Shown here: piece by piece, positions 48,855 to 57,589 of the stretch | Layout: each line of letters begins with the position of its first letter | How positions within the stretch are numbered: position 1 is the first letter of the stretch | From: a virus | Taxonomy: Duplodnaviria; Caudoviricetes | Strand: one strand, 5' to 3' | Length of the DNA stretch: 64,000 bases | IMG/VR virus record: IMGVR_UViG_3300025789_000018 | Program-made: the position numbers and the translations under genes | The notes under the pieces: model-generated | Database searches by the model: none | What the model was told of the DNA's origin: nothing | Seen by the model: only the letters and a program-made list of their open reading frames with translations

Positions 48855-49286
48855 TTACCTAATGCGATAAAGGATTGTAGAAAGCGTAACAGGTTTATTT
48901 ATGTTTACAATATAGAATGTGATAGTGATCGCATATGCATTTTGCTCTTCATATGGAGTAGCAATAACAGAGATTAATTTTGCTCTTGGTTCATGGTTTG
49001 CGATAATGTTTTCTATTTCAATCTGAATACCACTTTGAGTGATAGAACTAATAGGTTCGAACAAATAGTTGCGCAAGTTTCCTCCTATATCTGGTTGAAA
49101 CGGGCGGTCATATTTGTTTGTTAAAATAAGATTTAGAATCGACTGACTTACCGCGTCTTCGTTCTTTTTTATGACAAGATCATGCAATTCTGGATGCACC
49201 ACAAAGTTGTCGAACAGATCGCTATAAAGAAGCGACTGTGAGGCTGTAGGTGTGAACTTGTCTTGGTTAAACGATGACTGTGCCAT
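48855..49286 (-). CDS. gp25: Baseplate wedge subunit
   Basis: YSDL...F..HP..DL...KNEDAV.QSI.NLILT...DRPFQP..G..LR..LFEP, EPRA.L..V. Confidence 0.95.
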   Translation of the reverse strand: MAQSSFNQDKFTPTASQSLLYSDLFDNFVVHPELHDLVIKKNEDAVSQSILNLILTNKYDRPFQPDIGGNLRNYLFEPISSITQSGIQIEIENIIANHEPRAKLISVIATPYEEQNAYAITITFYIVNINKPVTLSTILYRIR

Positions 49287-49287
49287 A

Positions 49288-50748
49288 TTATGTTCCTGCT
49301 ACGGGAATTGGTATTTGATTGAATGTAATACTTGCACTTGTATTTGATGATGTAGCATTATTAGACATAATAATAGCATTTACAATATAGTTTAAAGTAA
49401 TCGTGTTTGGTGTTGTTCCTAAATAAGGAGCAGAAACAGTAACTAGATTGTTATATACGTTCGTAACTGTACAACCATTAGCAAATGCGGGATCAGTTGA
49501 TGTCAATGCCAAACCAATCACAACATTACTATCTATAGGCGACATCGTTAAGACAGAGGACTGTGATGTACTGATAGTTGCAGAGAATGAACCAGGCGTA
49601 TTACTTATAGACACTGCTGTTGTATTTGCTGGAATAGATCCATCGGCTGCAACCAACACTTGACCGATTGATACGGCCGTGTTTACATCATAGTGTATAA
49701 TCTGATTATTGCCAGAAGTCACGGTGCCAGTAAATGGAGAAGATGTTATTGTCACGTTTGATACGTAATTTTGCAAAAACTCTGCGTGTGTGTTTCCAAT
49801 AGCAACCGCGCTAGTTAAGAAGTTCGCAGTGTTTGAAGTGTCGTATATAGGATATCCATTTGAGCCAGATGATCCTAATAAAGTTGTGACTTGTTGTTGC
49901 ATCTGGCTTACTCTTTGTAGAGCAGGAGCAGCGGCAGATGAAACTGTTGATTGTATGCCATTAACAACACTTAATGCAGCAGTACCTGTTGTAATATCAA
50001 CTGCTTTTGATACTGCATTGATTTGACTGACAAGTGTATTTGTCACAATATTATTATTGCCTAAAGCACCTGTAACTGCGCTAATAGCAGCATTTTGCAA
50101 CTGAGATACCGCCGTATCAATGTTATTTATAACTGTATTGATTGGTTTAGTTACGGCAGATATTGCTTGATTTTCTAGATTTAGAATCTCGTTCTGTAGT
50201 TGATGTAAAGTCTGAATAGCACATGCTTCAAGTCTAGGCGCTGCCGCCTCAACGGCAACTACTAGTTTTTCTACTGCAATTCCAAGTTTGACAATAGCAA
50301 GTGTATACTTGATCTGTGCTTCAAGTTGTGGTGATATTGGACCAAGTATCAATTTTCCCAACCATGTAACAATAGATACAGGATTAGGTGAAGGTAAACT
50401 AGAAATGGGAAGATATTGCTTTACAATATCCAGTTCATGTTGTATTGCTTTTTTAGCTTTTGATTCAATGCCTGCCAGATTACGCTTTACAATCTTCTGT
50501 AAGTTATCACAATTCGTTGTATATTGAATCTGTGCAGTGAGTTTGTTGATATGTTCAATATTAACATCGATGTCTTGAATGTCACTATTGATCTTGGCAA
50601 TCTGTAAAGAAGTCTGCACAGATGCAGTAATCAAGTCAATTTCGCTTTGACTAAATGGAGGAATATTAATAGCCAAAGGAGCAGTAGCATTTAGTGCTGT
50701 TATCGAATCCGTAAGATTTGATGTAGTTACTGGTGGAGTTGATGCCAT
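49288..50748 (-). CDS. Unknown protein between gp5 and gp25: helical N-part plus nested 65-aa modules
   Basis: Long helical/coiled N-half; C-terminal module copies. Family not recognised. Confidence 0.45.
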   Translation of the reverse strand: MASTPPVTTSNLTDSITALNATAPLAINIPPFSQSEIDLITASVQTSLQIAKINSDIQDIDVNIEHINKLTAQIQYTTNCDNLQKIVKRNLAGIESKAKKAIQHELDIVKQYLPISSLPSPNPVSIVTWLGKLILGPISPQLEAQIKYTLAIVKLGIAVEKLVVAVEAAAPRLEACAIQTLHQLQNEILNLENQAISAVTKPINTVINNIDTAVSQLQNAAISAVTGALGNNNIVTNTLVSQINAVSKAVDITTGTAALSVVNGIQSTVSSAAAPALQRVSQMQQQVTTLLGSSGSNGYPIYDTSNTANFLTSAVAIGNTHAEFLQNYVSNVTITSSPFTGTVTSGNNQIIHYDVNTAVSIGQVLVAADGSIPANTTAVSISNTPGSFSATISTSQSSVLTMSPIDSNVVIGLALTSTDPAFANGCTVTNVYNNLVTVSAPYLGTTPNTITLNYIVNAIIMSNNATSSNTSASITFNQIPIPVAGT

Positions 50749-50750
50749 GG

Positions 50751-51584
50751 TTAATCTATTCCTGTAATAATACCACTATCAAAATATACGTTATCGCCTG
50801 TCGGTGTTGTGAATGTTCCTGATGGGTATAAATCAGAAACAATGGCGCCGCTTGTAGTTATACCAGAACCTAGAACATGCAATCCACCTGGAGCATACAT
50901 TGAAATGTCTGTTGCAGACGTCATTGTAATACTATTAGCAATCATGTTGCAGTTTCCAGTTACAATAACTGTAGTGTCGCCTCCAACAAAAACATGTTTA
51001 TTCTTGACTATGATTTCCCATCCATCATCAACAATCTTGGAAACACTTTGTCCTGCACTATTTATTTCAGTGTATGTGCCTGATTTATGAAATACGCGGA
51101 CTCTTTCGTGACCAGGAGTATCGTCATATTCTATAACATGACCAGATCGTGTGACTGTCACTTGATTGTACGGATACTTTGCTGCATATGCTGAGTCTGG
51201 TTCTGTGCCAAACTTCTGTATATTAAGTGTGTTGATACCACGAGCAAGACCAGGCACATCATTCGTTGCTTGTGTGCCATCTGGTAGTTTAGCATACGTG
51301 CCCCAGATCATCGGCAATTGCTTTTCTTGCCCGTCTAGAAAGAATCCAAACACCTGAGAACCTACTAGTATACCTGTAGGAGATTTGCCTACTCCATTAT
51401 GACCAGCAGATGTTATATCTTGAATGGGTGTTGCCCAGAGTAATTCATTTGTTTGAATCGAAGGATCATCGTGTTCGTTGATGATACGAACGCGCACACG
51501 CCCAAGTTGCTGTGGATCGTTGACGTCTTCTACAGTTCCGATAAACCAACGAAACTGCTCTTCGCCCATTCTTTTTGTTGTCAT
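50751..51584 (-). CDS. gp5: Short baseplate hub/spike protein lacking a lysozyme domain
   Basis: WFIG.VED.NDP.QLGRVRVRI (OB fold), G..VFGFFLDG...Q.P.I.G, YPYN....RSGHVIEYDDTPG.ER....HKSGTY.EI. Confidence 0.92.
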   Translation of the reverse strand: MTTKRMGEEQFRWFIGTVEDVNDPQQLGRVRVRIINEHDDPSIQTNELLWATPIQDITSAGHNGVGKSPTGILVGSQVFGFFLDGQEKQLPMIWGTYAKLPDGTQATNDVPGLARGINTLNIQKFGTEPDSAYAAKYPYNQVTVTRSGHVIEYDDTPGHERVRVFHKSGTYTEINSAGQSVSKIVDDGWEIIVKNKHVFVGGDTTVIVTGNCNMIANSITMTSATDISMYAPGGLHVLGSGITTSGAIVSDLYPSGTFTTPTGDNVYFDSGIITGID

Positions 51585-51596
51585 AGAATATCTCCA

Positions 51597-52856
51597 TTAT
51601 GCATAATCATCATAGAAGCCCTTGATCAATTCCATTGACACCATATATGATTTTGGATTAGGCGCATTGTTTATGATGATGTGTCTGATTCTAGATATTA
51701 TATAGTTGCCATTGATAAGTCTGTTATCATCTGGCTTATCAGTAGCACCAGTTGGATTTGGTGTATTGATTGTGATGATATCACCAGCAGTCAATGCAAT
51801 ATCACCATATGTGAATGCTTGAAATATATTTTGTGATAACTTGTTCACAAATCCCATTCTAGCACCGATTGTTGAATCAATATAATTCTCCGGCAAATCG
51901 CTTGAATGCGGAACCAATAGTGCAGTCGATTTTGTGTTGCCATATTTGTTTTCAAACTGGGATGTGTTCAATGCCTTTGGATTAGAAGAAGCAAACTTGA
52001 ATTGCTGTTGCTTCTCGGCATTGATATATTGAGTCAACGATACTTTACCAGTAAGCAAATCGAAACGCTTTACAGTATTGTTAAGCCCACCTTGTGCCAG
52101 TTTTTGTGTGTTGTTCACCTGAGATACGGTTTTGAAGTCAATGAGACTTCGTGTGTTCAAGTTTCTTACATCTGTATTCTGTGTGGTATCATAGAAGAAC
52201 TGTTTGTCGTTGACATTATCTTGCAATTGATTCAGTAGGTACTCAATTGAACAAAAGTTGAATCCACGTTTGTTTTCAAAAAATACATATGATGATGAGA
52301 TGTAATCTTGTGACACGGCGCGTTTGCGAAGCATATCAATCGCTTGAAGTGGGCGCATACGACTCAAAAGAATATTCTGTGTGCCCTTTGTAGGATCACC
52401 TATTGATAATGTTTTTTTCGATTGCAATGTTGTGTTGAAGATTGCTCTTACAACATCATCAGTAGCGCCTTGATATTTGCTCACCAGAAATTGCTTCGAG
52501 TTCGTGATAAACTCTTCGCTGACACAAGACAAAGTGTACATCTTTGACTTGCCTTGAGACATAGTTTTCTGTTGTTCTATAGCCTTGACGTGAAAGGTAT
52601 AAGAGTTTGTGAAACTAAACCCTTCTTGACCAAATTCAATATCAATGGTTTCTTCACCCACAATAGGAAAAGAAGTCAATAGCCCGATAGCATCTATGAT
52701 TTTGATTTCTGCACGAATGCATGGAAACATTATATCTTCGTAAATATCAAAGGACAAGACCTGGCTACTAAGATCATACGACTTTGATCCGTCGAGCGAA
52801 TAAAGCGTGAGGTCAAGTATATTGATATTGTCGGATTTTACATAAGAGGCTGTCAT
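51597..52856 (-). CDS. Baseplate hub protein (gp27-like)
   Basis: IYEDI.FP..RA...I.DA..LL...PIVGEE, YVFFEN.RGFNF.SI..L, GNY.ISRIRH. Between gp53 and gp5. Confidence 0.7.
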   Translation of the reverse strand: MTASYVKSDNINILDLTLYSLDGSKSYDLSSQVLSFDIYEDIMFPCIRAEIKIIDAIGLLTSFPIVGEETIDIEFGQEGFSFTNSYTFHVKAIEQQKTMSQGKSKMYTLSCVSEEFITNSKQFLVSKYQGATDDVVRAIFNTTLQSKKTLSIGDPTKGTQNILLSRMRPLQAIDMLRKRAVSQDYISSSYVFFENKRGFNFCSIEYLLNQLQDNVNDKQFFYDTTQNTDVRNLNTRSLIDFKTVSQVNNTQKLAQGGLNNTVKRFDLLTGKVSLTQYINAEKQQQFKFASSNPKALNTSQFENKYGNTKSTALLVPHSSDLPENYIDSTIGARMGFVNKLSQNIFQAFTYGDIALTAGDIITINTPNPTGATDKPDDNRLINGNYIISRIRHIIINNAPNPKSYMVSMELIKGFYDDYA

Positions 52857-52857
52857 G

Positions 52858-53790
52858 TTATGTCAACAACAATGCTTTAAGTTCTTTGGTTGCTTGGGTG
52901 GCATATTTGTTGTCAAGAAGATTTATTGACTTGTTGGCTGTATTCTTTGCTGTCTCATAGTCATATGCTGTGACTGGGCTCCAGTAAATGAGTTCGTCAG
53001 AAGGAATATTTGTACTCAGAGTAACTGGAGTTGATGAAACAGTTGCAGATGCACCAGAAGTCAAGCCAACTATTGGACCAACTGTTGGTGTAACTGCGAT
53101 GTGTTGTATTAGAATATATTGATCATTGGGATCAACATAACTCACTGTTCCCAGAGTAACTCCGTTTTGAGCAACAAGTTCTCCTACGACAAATGAGATA
53201 AACTCGGATCCACCTTCTGGTGCAGTAATATCATATCCGTTTTCTGTGTCTAATACAAGACCACTTTCTGTCGTAATCTCTGTTGAATACTGAAGCGGAA
53301 CTTGTTGGACCATATTGGTCGTAACAATCCAATCTTCCTGTTTTCTCACATACTCATAGATGTTGTTGTTCTGATCTATATTTGGATCCCAATACTTCTG
53401 TTGCCCAACTCCTAGTGATGCATAGTAAGTTGGTGAAATGTTGGATTCGTCTATCGCCCAGTTAGTTTGAAAATAAAGAATCTTTTGTTGTGCTGCTGCA
53501 ATGCTGCCATACTTTTGAATGATGAAGTTGTTCAGATCATAGTCATCCAATGGGTAATCATAATAAGGATCATTGATTTGATTTGAAAGCGCAATAAGCC
53601 ACACATAATCTGGGTTGTCATAATAGTTGTACGATAGACTATCTGGTCTCATGCCATCTGGAATCACATAAGAATAATAGGCTTGCTTTGAGTTCAAAGC
53701 CATCTTCGTCATGTTTACACGAGACATGATATTCACCGCGGAGGTGTTATTATAATTGATGACTGGAAACTTTGCAAAGTATTGTGTCAT
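52858..53790 (-). CDS. gp53: Baseplate wedge protein
   Basis: YFAKFP.I.Y, Y.IPDG.RPD.LSY.YY.NPDY.WLI.L.N.I.DPYYDYPL, YDYE...N......LL...Y. Confidence 0.92.
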   Translation of the reverse strand: MTQYFAKFPVINYNNTSAVNIMSRVNMTKMALNSKQAYYSYVIPDGMRPDSLSYNYYDNPDYVWLIALSNQINDPYYDYPLDDYDLNNFIIQKYGSIAAAQQKILYFQTNWAIDESNISPTYYASLGVGQQKYWDPNIDQNNNIYEYVRKQEDWIVTTNMVQQVPLQYSTEITTESGLVLDTENGYDITAPEGGSEFISFVVGELVAQNGVTLGTVSYVDPNDQYILIQHIAVTPTVGPIVGLTSGASATVSSTPVTLSTNIPSDELIYWSPVTAYDYETAKNTANKSINLLDNKYATQATKELKALLLT

Positions 53791-55091
53791 TGACCGTTTC
53801 CTCCGCTACCAGGATTTTGTTGTCCGCCTATGCCATTTAAACCAGTGACAACCTGAGTTGCGTCGCTCGTTCCTTTTGTGAAACCTTTAGCCAATGATGA
53901 AACGGCAGAAGAAAGCGTGCCAGTCAAAACACCTAACAATGCAGAATCGGCATTCGTGCCTCCCATATTAGTGGATGCACCGTAATCTGTTGGCAGTCTG
54001 TATTCCATTTCTTCTAGTTCCATAGTCAAAGCTATAAAAACAGGAGAGTTTATTCCAGCATAAAATGCTGGCGCAACATCTTGTGGAGAATAGTTGACGT
54101 TTATGGATTTTATAACGCACCACTTAAAGTCCGTCATGTATGTTTCTGTTTGTGAAGGATTGATTTTAGGCTTCACTATACAAGGATATTGAAACAAAAG
54201 ACTTGATCCACCGGCGGTGAAACTTGGCAAATGTAACTGTTTCATTGTTTTGATTATATTATTCAATGTTACACTTTCTGATGGCGTTTTAGGTGAGAAT
54301 AGCCAATTGAAAGTGAACGATCTGAAATTAATACCAGTGAACATCATAGATAAGCTAGGATTAGGTGCAACGCCGGCAGCAGATTGACCAAGATTAGAAG
54401 CTTCTGCTCCCATAGTTCCCGCTTGAGATATTGCATATAATGCACCAACTGCGGCCGCATCAGAAGCTATATTTGCGGCACTGGCTGGGCTTGTAGAAGT
54501 AAGACTATCGTATATATTACCTAAAGAACCTAATTCTGCTTCTGCCCAGCGCGCGGAAGTATTGTCAACAAGGCCGCTGCCGTCTGGTAGAGGAAGATTG
54601 ACAGTATAAACGGGATTGATAGTTGTGTTTCCTAGCGGATTGGTTCTCACATAATTTGCAAAAGAAAGAGTCATGAAATATTTACTAGAACCTAAGTCTT
54701 CTGGATAATGATCGTCCGGATCATTAGTTGTAAGTTGATTAGAGTTTACTTTTATCTCTGGATTAGATTGCTCTTGTGATGCGAAGTTTCTATTCTGCAA
54801 TGCGTTTGATGTGATTCGCTCTGGAGAACCAGATGTATAGAATGAACTTGATCCAGATATTAGTTTGTCAACACCAGCGGCAACTAAACCTCCTACAGAC
54901 ACACTACTAGCGCCAGCAGCGGTAAGTGAAGTTGCTGTAGAACTAGCAATAGATCCAGAAGATCCCAATGCACCTTGTGTGTTCTTGGTGATATTGTTCA
55001 CCGTTCCTGTGGCAGATGATGTGATGTTACTCAATATTGTCTGGTTTACAGGTTGAACGTAAGGATTATTGGTTATATTGGAGACAGCCAT
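53787..55091 (-). CDS. gp48: Baseplate tail-tube cap
   Basis: LPLPD, NP....F.GI.FRSF.F.W..SPK...ES, F.YP, F..CVI.SI.VNY.P, L.MEL.E. Confidence 0.85.
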   Translation of the reverse strand: MAVSNITNNPYVQPVNQTILSNITSSATGTVNNITKNTQGALGSSGSIASSTATSLTAAGASSVSVGGLVAAGVDKLISGSSSFYTSGSPERITSNALQNRNFASQEQSNPEIKVNSNQLTTNDPDDHYPEDLGSSKYFMTLSFANYVRTNPLGNTTINPVYTVNLPLPDGSGLVDNTSARWAEAELGSLGNIYDSLTSTSPASAANIASDAAAVGALYAISQAGTMGAEASNLGQSAAGVAPNPSLSMMFTGINFRSFTFNWLFSPKTPSESVTLNNIIKTMKQLHLPSFTAGGSSLLFQYPCIVKPKINPSQTETYMTDFKWCVIKSINVNYSPQDVAPAFYAGINSPVFIALTMELEEMEYRLPTDYGASTNMGGTNADSALLGVLTGTLSSAVSSLAKGFTKGTSDATQVVTGLNGIGGQQNPGSGGNGQ

Positions 55092-55127
55092 TTATTTCCC
55101 TATAAGTATAGCATCACGCTTATGTAT

Positions 55128-55135
55128 TATTTATA
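55128..55135 (-). promoter_or_regulatory. Late promoter for gp48
   Basis: Exact TATAAATA. Confidence 0.75.
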
Positions 55136-55165
55136 GAGAAAAAATGAAAGGCAAGTTCATCTTCT

Positions 55166-56104
55166 CTATTTTGAGTAAAGTTCTCTTTCCGTCATCACAA
55201 CAAACTCCCATCCTTTGTCATCCGCGTGTTCTTTCGCTGCTTTCCATTTGGCTTGGTTAACAACATACGTCTTTACTTCTTCAATGTATCGCTTTGTTTG
55301 TGTTTTAGGTCTTTTTGGTTCCTGTGTTTGCGCATATGGTTTGATTTCAACCAATATAACTTTGCCGTCTTTTTTCTTTATTAGTACGTCTGGAAAGTAT
55401 CGGTGATATCTACCGTCTATAGGAGAGACATAAGGTATTGTCATTTCTTCTGATGCCCATCCTGATATCTCTGGATGCTTGTCACAATACATAAAGAAGT
55501 GTAGTTCCCAAGAACTTCTGTATATTATGTTTGTGGGATCTCCCATATACTTACTTGGATTTTTGGGAGTGAACTTACCTTTTGACATGGATACGTATCC
55601 AGCTTTTCCTGTTGTTATATTATTAATACATTGTTCTGCGCCTGTTTTATTTAGTCTAGCGATAGTTTCTTCATCACAGGTGTAGTATCTACTGTATCGC
55701 TCTTTTCGTTCTTGCGGAGAAAGATGAGAGGCAGTATTGCTTTCTCTCATCTTTTCTTTTAGTTCGACAATACTGCCATCCGCATAACGTTCTTTCCATA
55801 TTTTAGTTTGATTTGTTTTGACTTTATCGATAAACTTATCATAGCGTATATCATCATTTTTTAGATTTTCTCTAAAAAACTTTGCGCCGCATTTGTGTCC
55901 ACATGTGGATGAAAATCCAACTCCTAGTCCTTTGAACTTGGTATGAGACGAACAGATCGCACATTTGTTGTCGCCGATGTAAGTAAGATAATATGTCTCT
56001 GATGATATATTGTGTTTTTGTAATATGTGTCTAGCTAGAGATAGAGTAGACTTGAAATCTCGAAAACATATTCGACATTCCATATCAGATGTATAAATAG
56101 ACAT
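55166..56104 (-). CDS. gp4: Head completion nuclease (TnsA-like) fused to an N-terminal zinc-finger region
   Basis: C-half KGKFTPKNPSKY.GDPTNIIYRSSWE..RYFPD..VEIKP..QT..P..VNQAKW.AA. N-half CRIC..HILQKH and CAIC..CGHKC. Confidence 0.9.
   Translation of the reverse strand: MSIYTSDMECRICFRDFKSTLSLARHILQKHNISSETYYLTYIGDNKCAICSSHTKFKGLGVGFSSTCGHKCGAKFFRENLKNDDIRYDKFIDKVKTNQTKIWKERYADGSIVELKEKMRESNTASHLSPQERKERYSRYYTCDEETIARLNKTGAEQCINNITTGKAGYVSMSKGKFTPKNPSKYMGDPTNIIYRSSWELHFFMYCDKHPEISGWASEEMTIPYVSPIDGRYHRYFPDVLIKKKDGKVILVEIKPYAQTQEPKRPKTQTKRYIEEVKTYVVNQAKWKAAKEHADDKGWEFVVMTERELYSK
56092..56099 (+). promoter_or_regulatory. Late promoter for the + strand block, lying inside the first codons of the gp4 fusion
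   Basis: Exact TATAAATA on the + strand. Confidence 0.6.
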
Positions 56105-56177
56105 AGCTGATGCTCCTTGTAAGCGTTAGAGTAGATGGGTTTCTTGGCGGTCACCGCGATCTACATTATTATTTATA
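56105..56177 (-). promoter_or_regulatory. Structured leader copy 2 (late promoter 56170-56177)
   Basis: TATAAATA ATAAT GTAGAT..ATCTAC T CTAAC N7 AGGAG CATCAGCT ATG. Confidence 0.65.
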
Positions 56178-56797
56178 GTTTTAGGATATTCGACATCGCA
56201 ATAGGATTATTCGACCAGACATTAGCACAAGGCATTCGTCAGGGGCAAGTTCCTGGGCGAACCGAAGAAGCACGCAACTGGTTCAGAGACACCGCGAGAA
56301 AACTCTCCAACATTACCGAAACGCGACTTCTAGCGAACAAAACAGCACTGACGAATCAGATACAGGTTGGTCGAATGTATATGTTCCAGTACGATCCAAA
56401 GCACAAAAAGACTTTGCCCTACTACGATAGATTCCCATTGATCTTCCCACTGAAAAAGACTCCAGACGGCTTCCTCGGTATCAATATGCACTATCTACCA
56501 CCAGTTCTGAGAGCGAAGTTGATGGACATGCTCTATCCGTATGTTAATGATGCAAATCTGAGCGATAACGCCAAGTTAAACATCAGTTATAACATATTGA
56601 ATGCTGCGGCTACGAATAAGTACATCAAGCCTTGCATCAAGCAGTATTTGTCGGATCACTTGCGATCAAAGTTTATCTATGTCGTGCCAGCAGAATGGGA
56701 CATCGCATTGTTTCTACCTGTTGAAAACTTTGCTAAGGCAAGTAAAGATCAAGTCTGGAAAGATTCTAGAGCAATCATCAATAGAGGTTCAAGGTAA
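56135..56797 (+). CDS. gp2: DNA end protector protein (true start uncertain, possibly 56195)
   Basis: G.MYMF.YDPKHK.TLPYYDRFPLIF, GFLGIN.HYLPP.LRA.L.D.L, KPC.K.YL..H.RS, W.IAL.LP.E.F. Confidence 0.93.
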   Translation: MGFLAVTAIYIIIYSFRIFDIAIGLFDQTLAQGIRQGQVPGRTEEARNWFRDTARKLSNITETRLLANKTALTNQIQVGRMYMFQYDPKHKKTLPYYDRFPLIFPLKKTPDGFLGINMHYLPPVLRAKLMDMLYPYVNDANLSDNAKLNISYNILNAAATNKYIKPCIKQYLSDHLRSKFIYVVPAEWDIALFLPVENFAKASKDQVWKDSRAIINRGSR

Positions 56798-57573
56798 TGG
56801 CATACGGAGATGGATTTGATATCTCGGCATTCAAGACGCAACTACATAACGGTCTTGTTAAGCCTTCTTTATACCAAGTCGATTTCACTTCTTCGGCTAC
56901 GCTATCGAACAAACTGTCATTCTTCACAGACAACTTCAATATTCCAAGTATTGATCTTGATACTCAAATGATTAGAAGATATGGATACGGACCTATTGAA
57001 TATGTTCCCTTTAGACCTATATTCGGGCCCATATCAATGTCTTTCATGGTAGAAGCAGAGCAAGAAAACGTTCTTTATGATGTAATAGGAACGATGTCTG
57101 CCACTTCACCATTCATGAACTACAACACATTAAATGATGGAGTTCCTTTATTTGGAGGTGCTGGCAGCCCTTATGAAGTGGCATATAAGGGTGATGTTGT
57201 GTTCAATTTGTCCGTTTATATATACAACGAATCACAACAGAAGATAACAACAGTATCATTTAGAGATTGTTTTGTCAAGTCTATTGGAAGCATAAATCTA
57301 TCTTGGGCATCAACAGACCAGTATTTGAAAACAGATGTTACCTTTATTGCCACAAACTACAGCATATCAACCGCTGATGCGGATTCTTCTGGTAATGCAG
57401 GTTTGTCTAATATTGGTATACCAAATCCACAATCTTCTTCTCCATCACAGTTCGTAAATGATACACAAAACATTGCATCAGCCAGTCAAATTGCAGCGAC
57501 TACGATCACCAATCCTGGTGCTGGTGGTGGAGTAAGCACAAATTCATTAGTACAACAAACAACGTTGACTTAA
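56797..57573 (+). CDS. gp54: Baseplate tail-tube initiator (gp19-like fold)
   Basis: F.I..FK..L..GL..P.LY.V.F, P.I.L.T...RRYG.GP....P, ....F..C....I..I.L.W....Y....VTF. Synteny with gp2 and gp26. Confidence 0.7.
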   Translation: MAYGDGFDISAFKTQLHNGLVKPSLYQVDFTSSATLSNKLSFFTDNFNIPSIDLDTQMIRRYGYGPIEYVPFRPIFGPISMSFMVEAEQENVLYDVIGTMSATSPFMNYNTLNDGVPLFGGAGSPYEVAYKGDVVFNLSVYIYNESQQKITTVSFRDCFVKSIGSINLSWASTDQYLKTDVTFIATNYSISTADADSSGNAGLSNIGIPNPQSSSPSQFVNDTQNIASASQIAATTITNPGAGGGVSTNSLVQQTTLT

Positions 57574-57589
57574 ATTATAGGAGAATATA

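Noticed and set aside
55101-55108. TATAAGTA on the + strand that could fire antisense into gp4
   Set aside because: Imperfect consensus in AT-rich intergenic DNA, with no other support.
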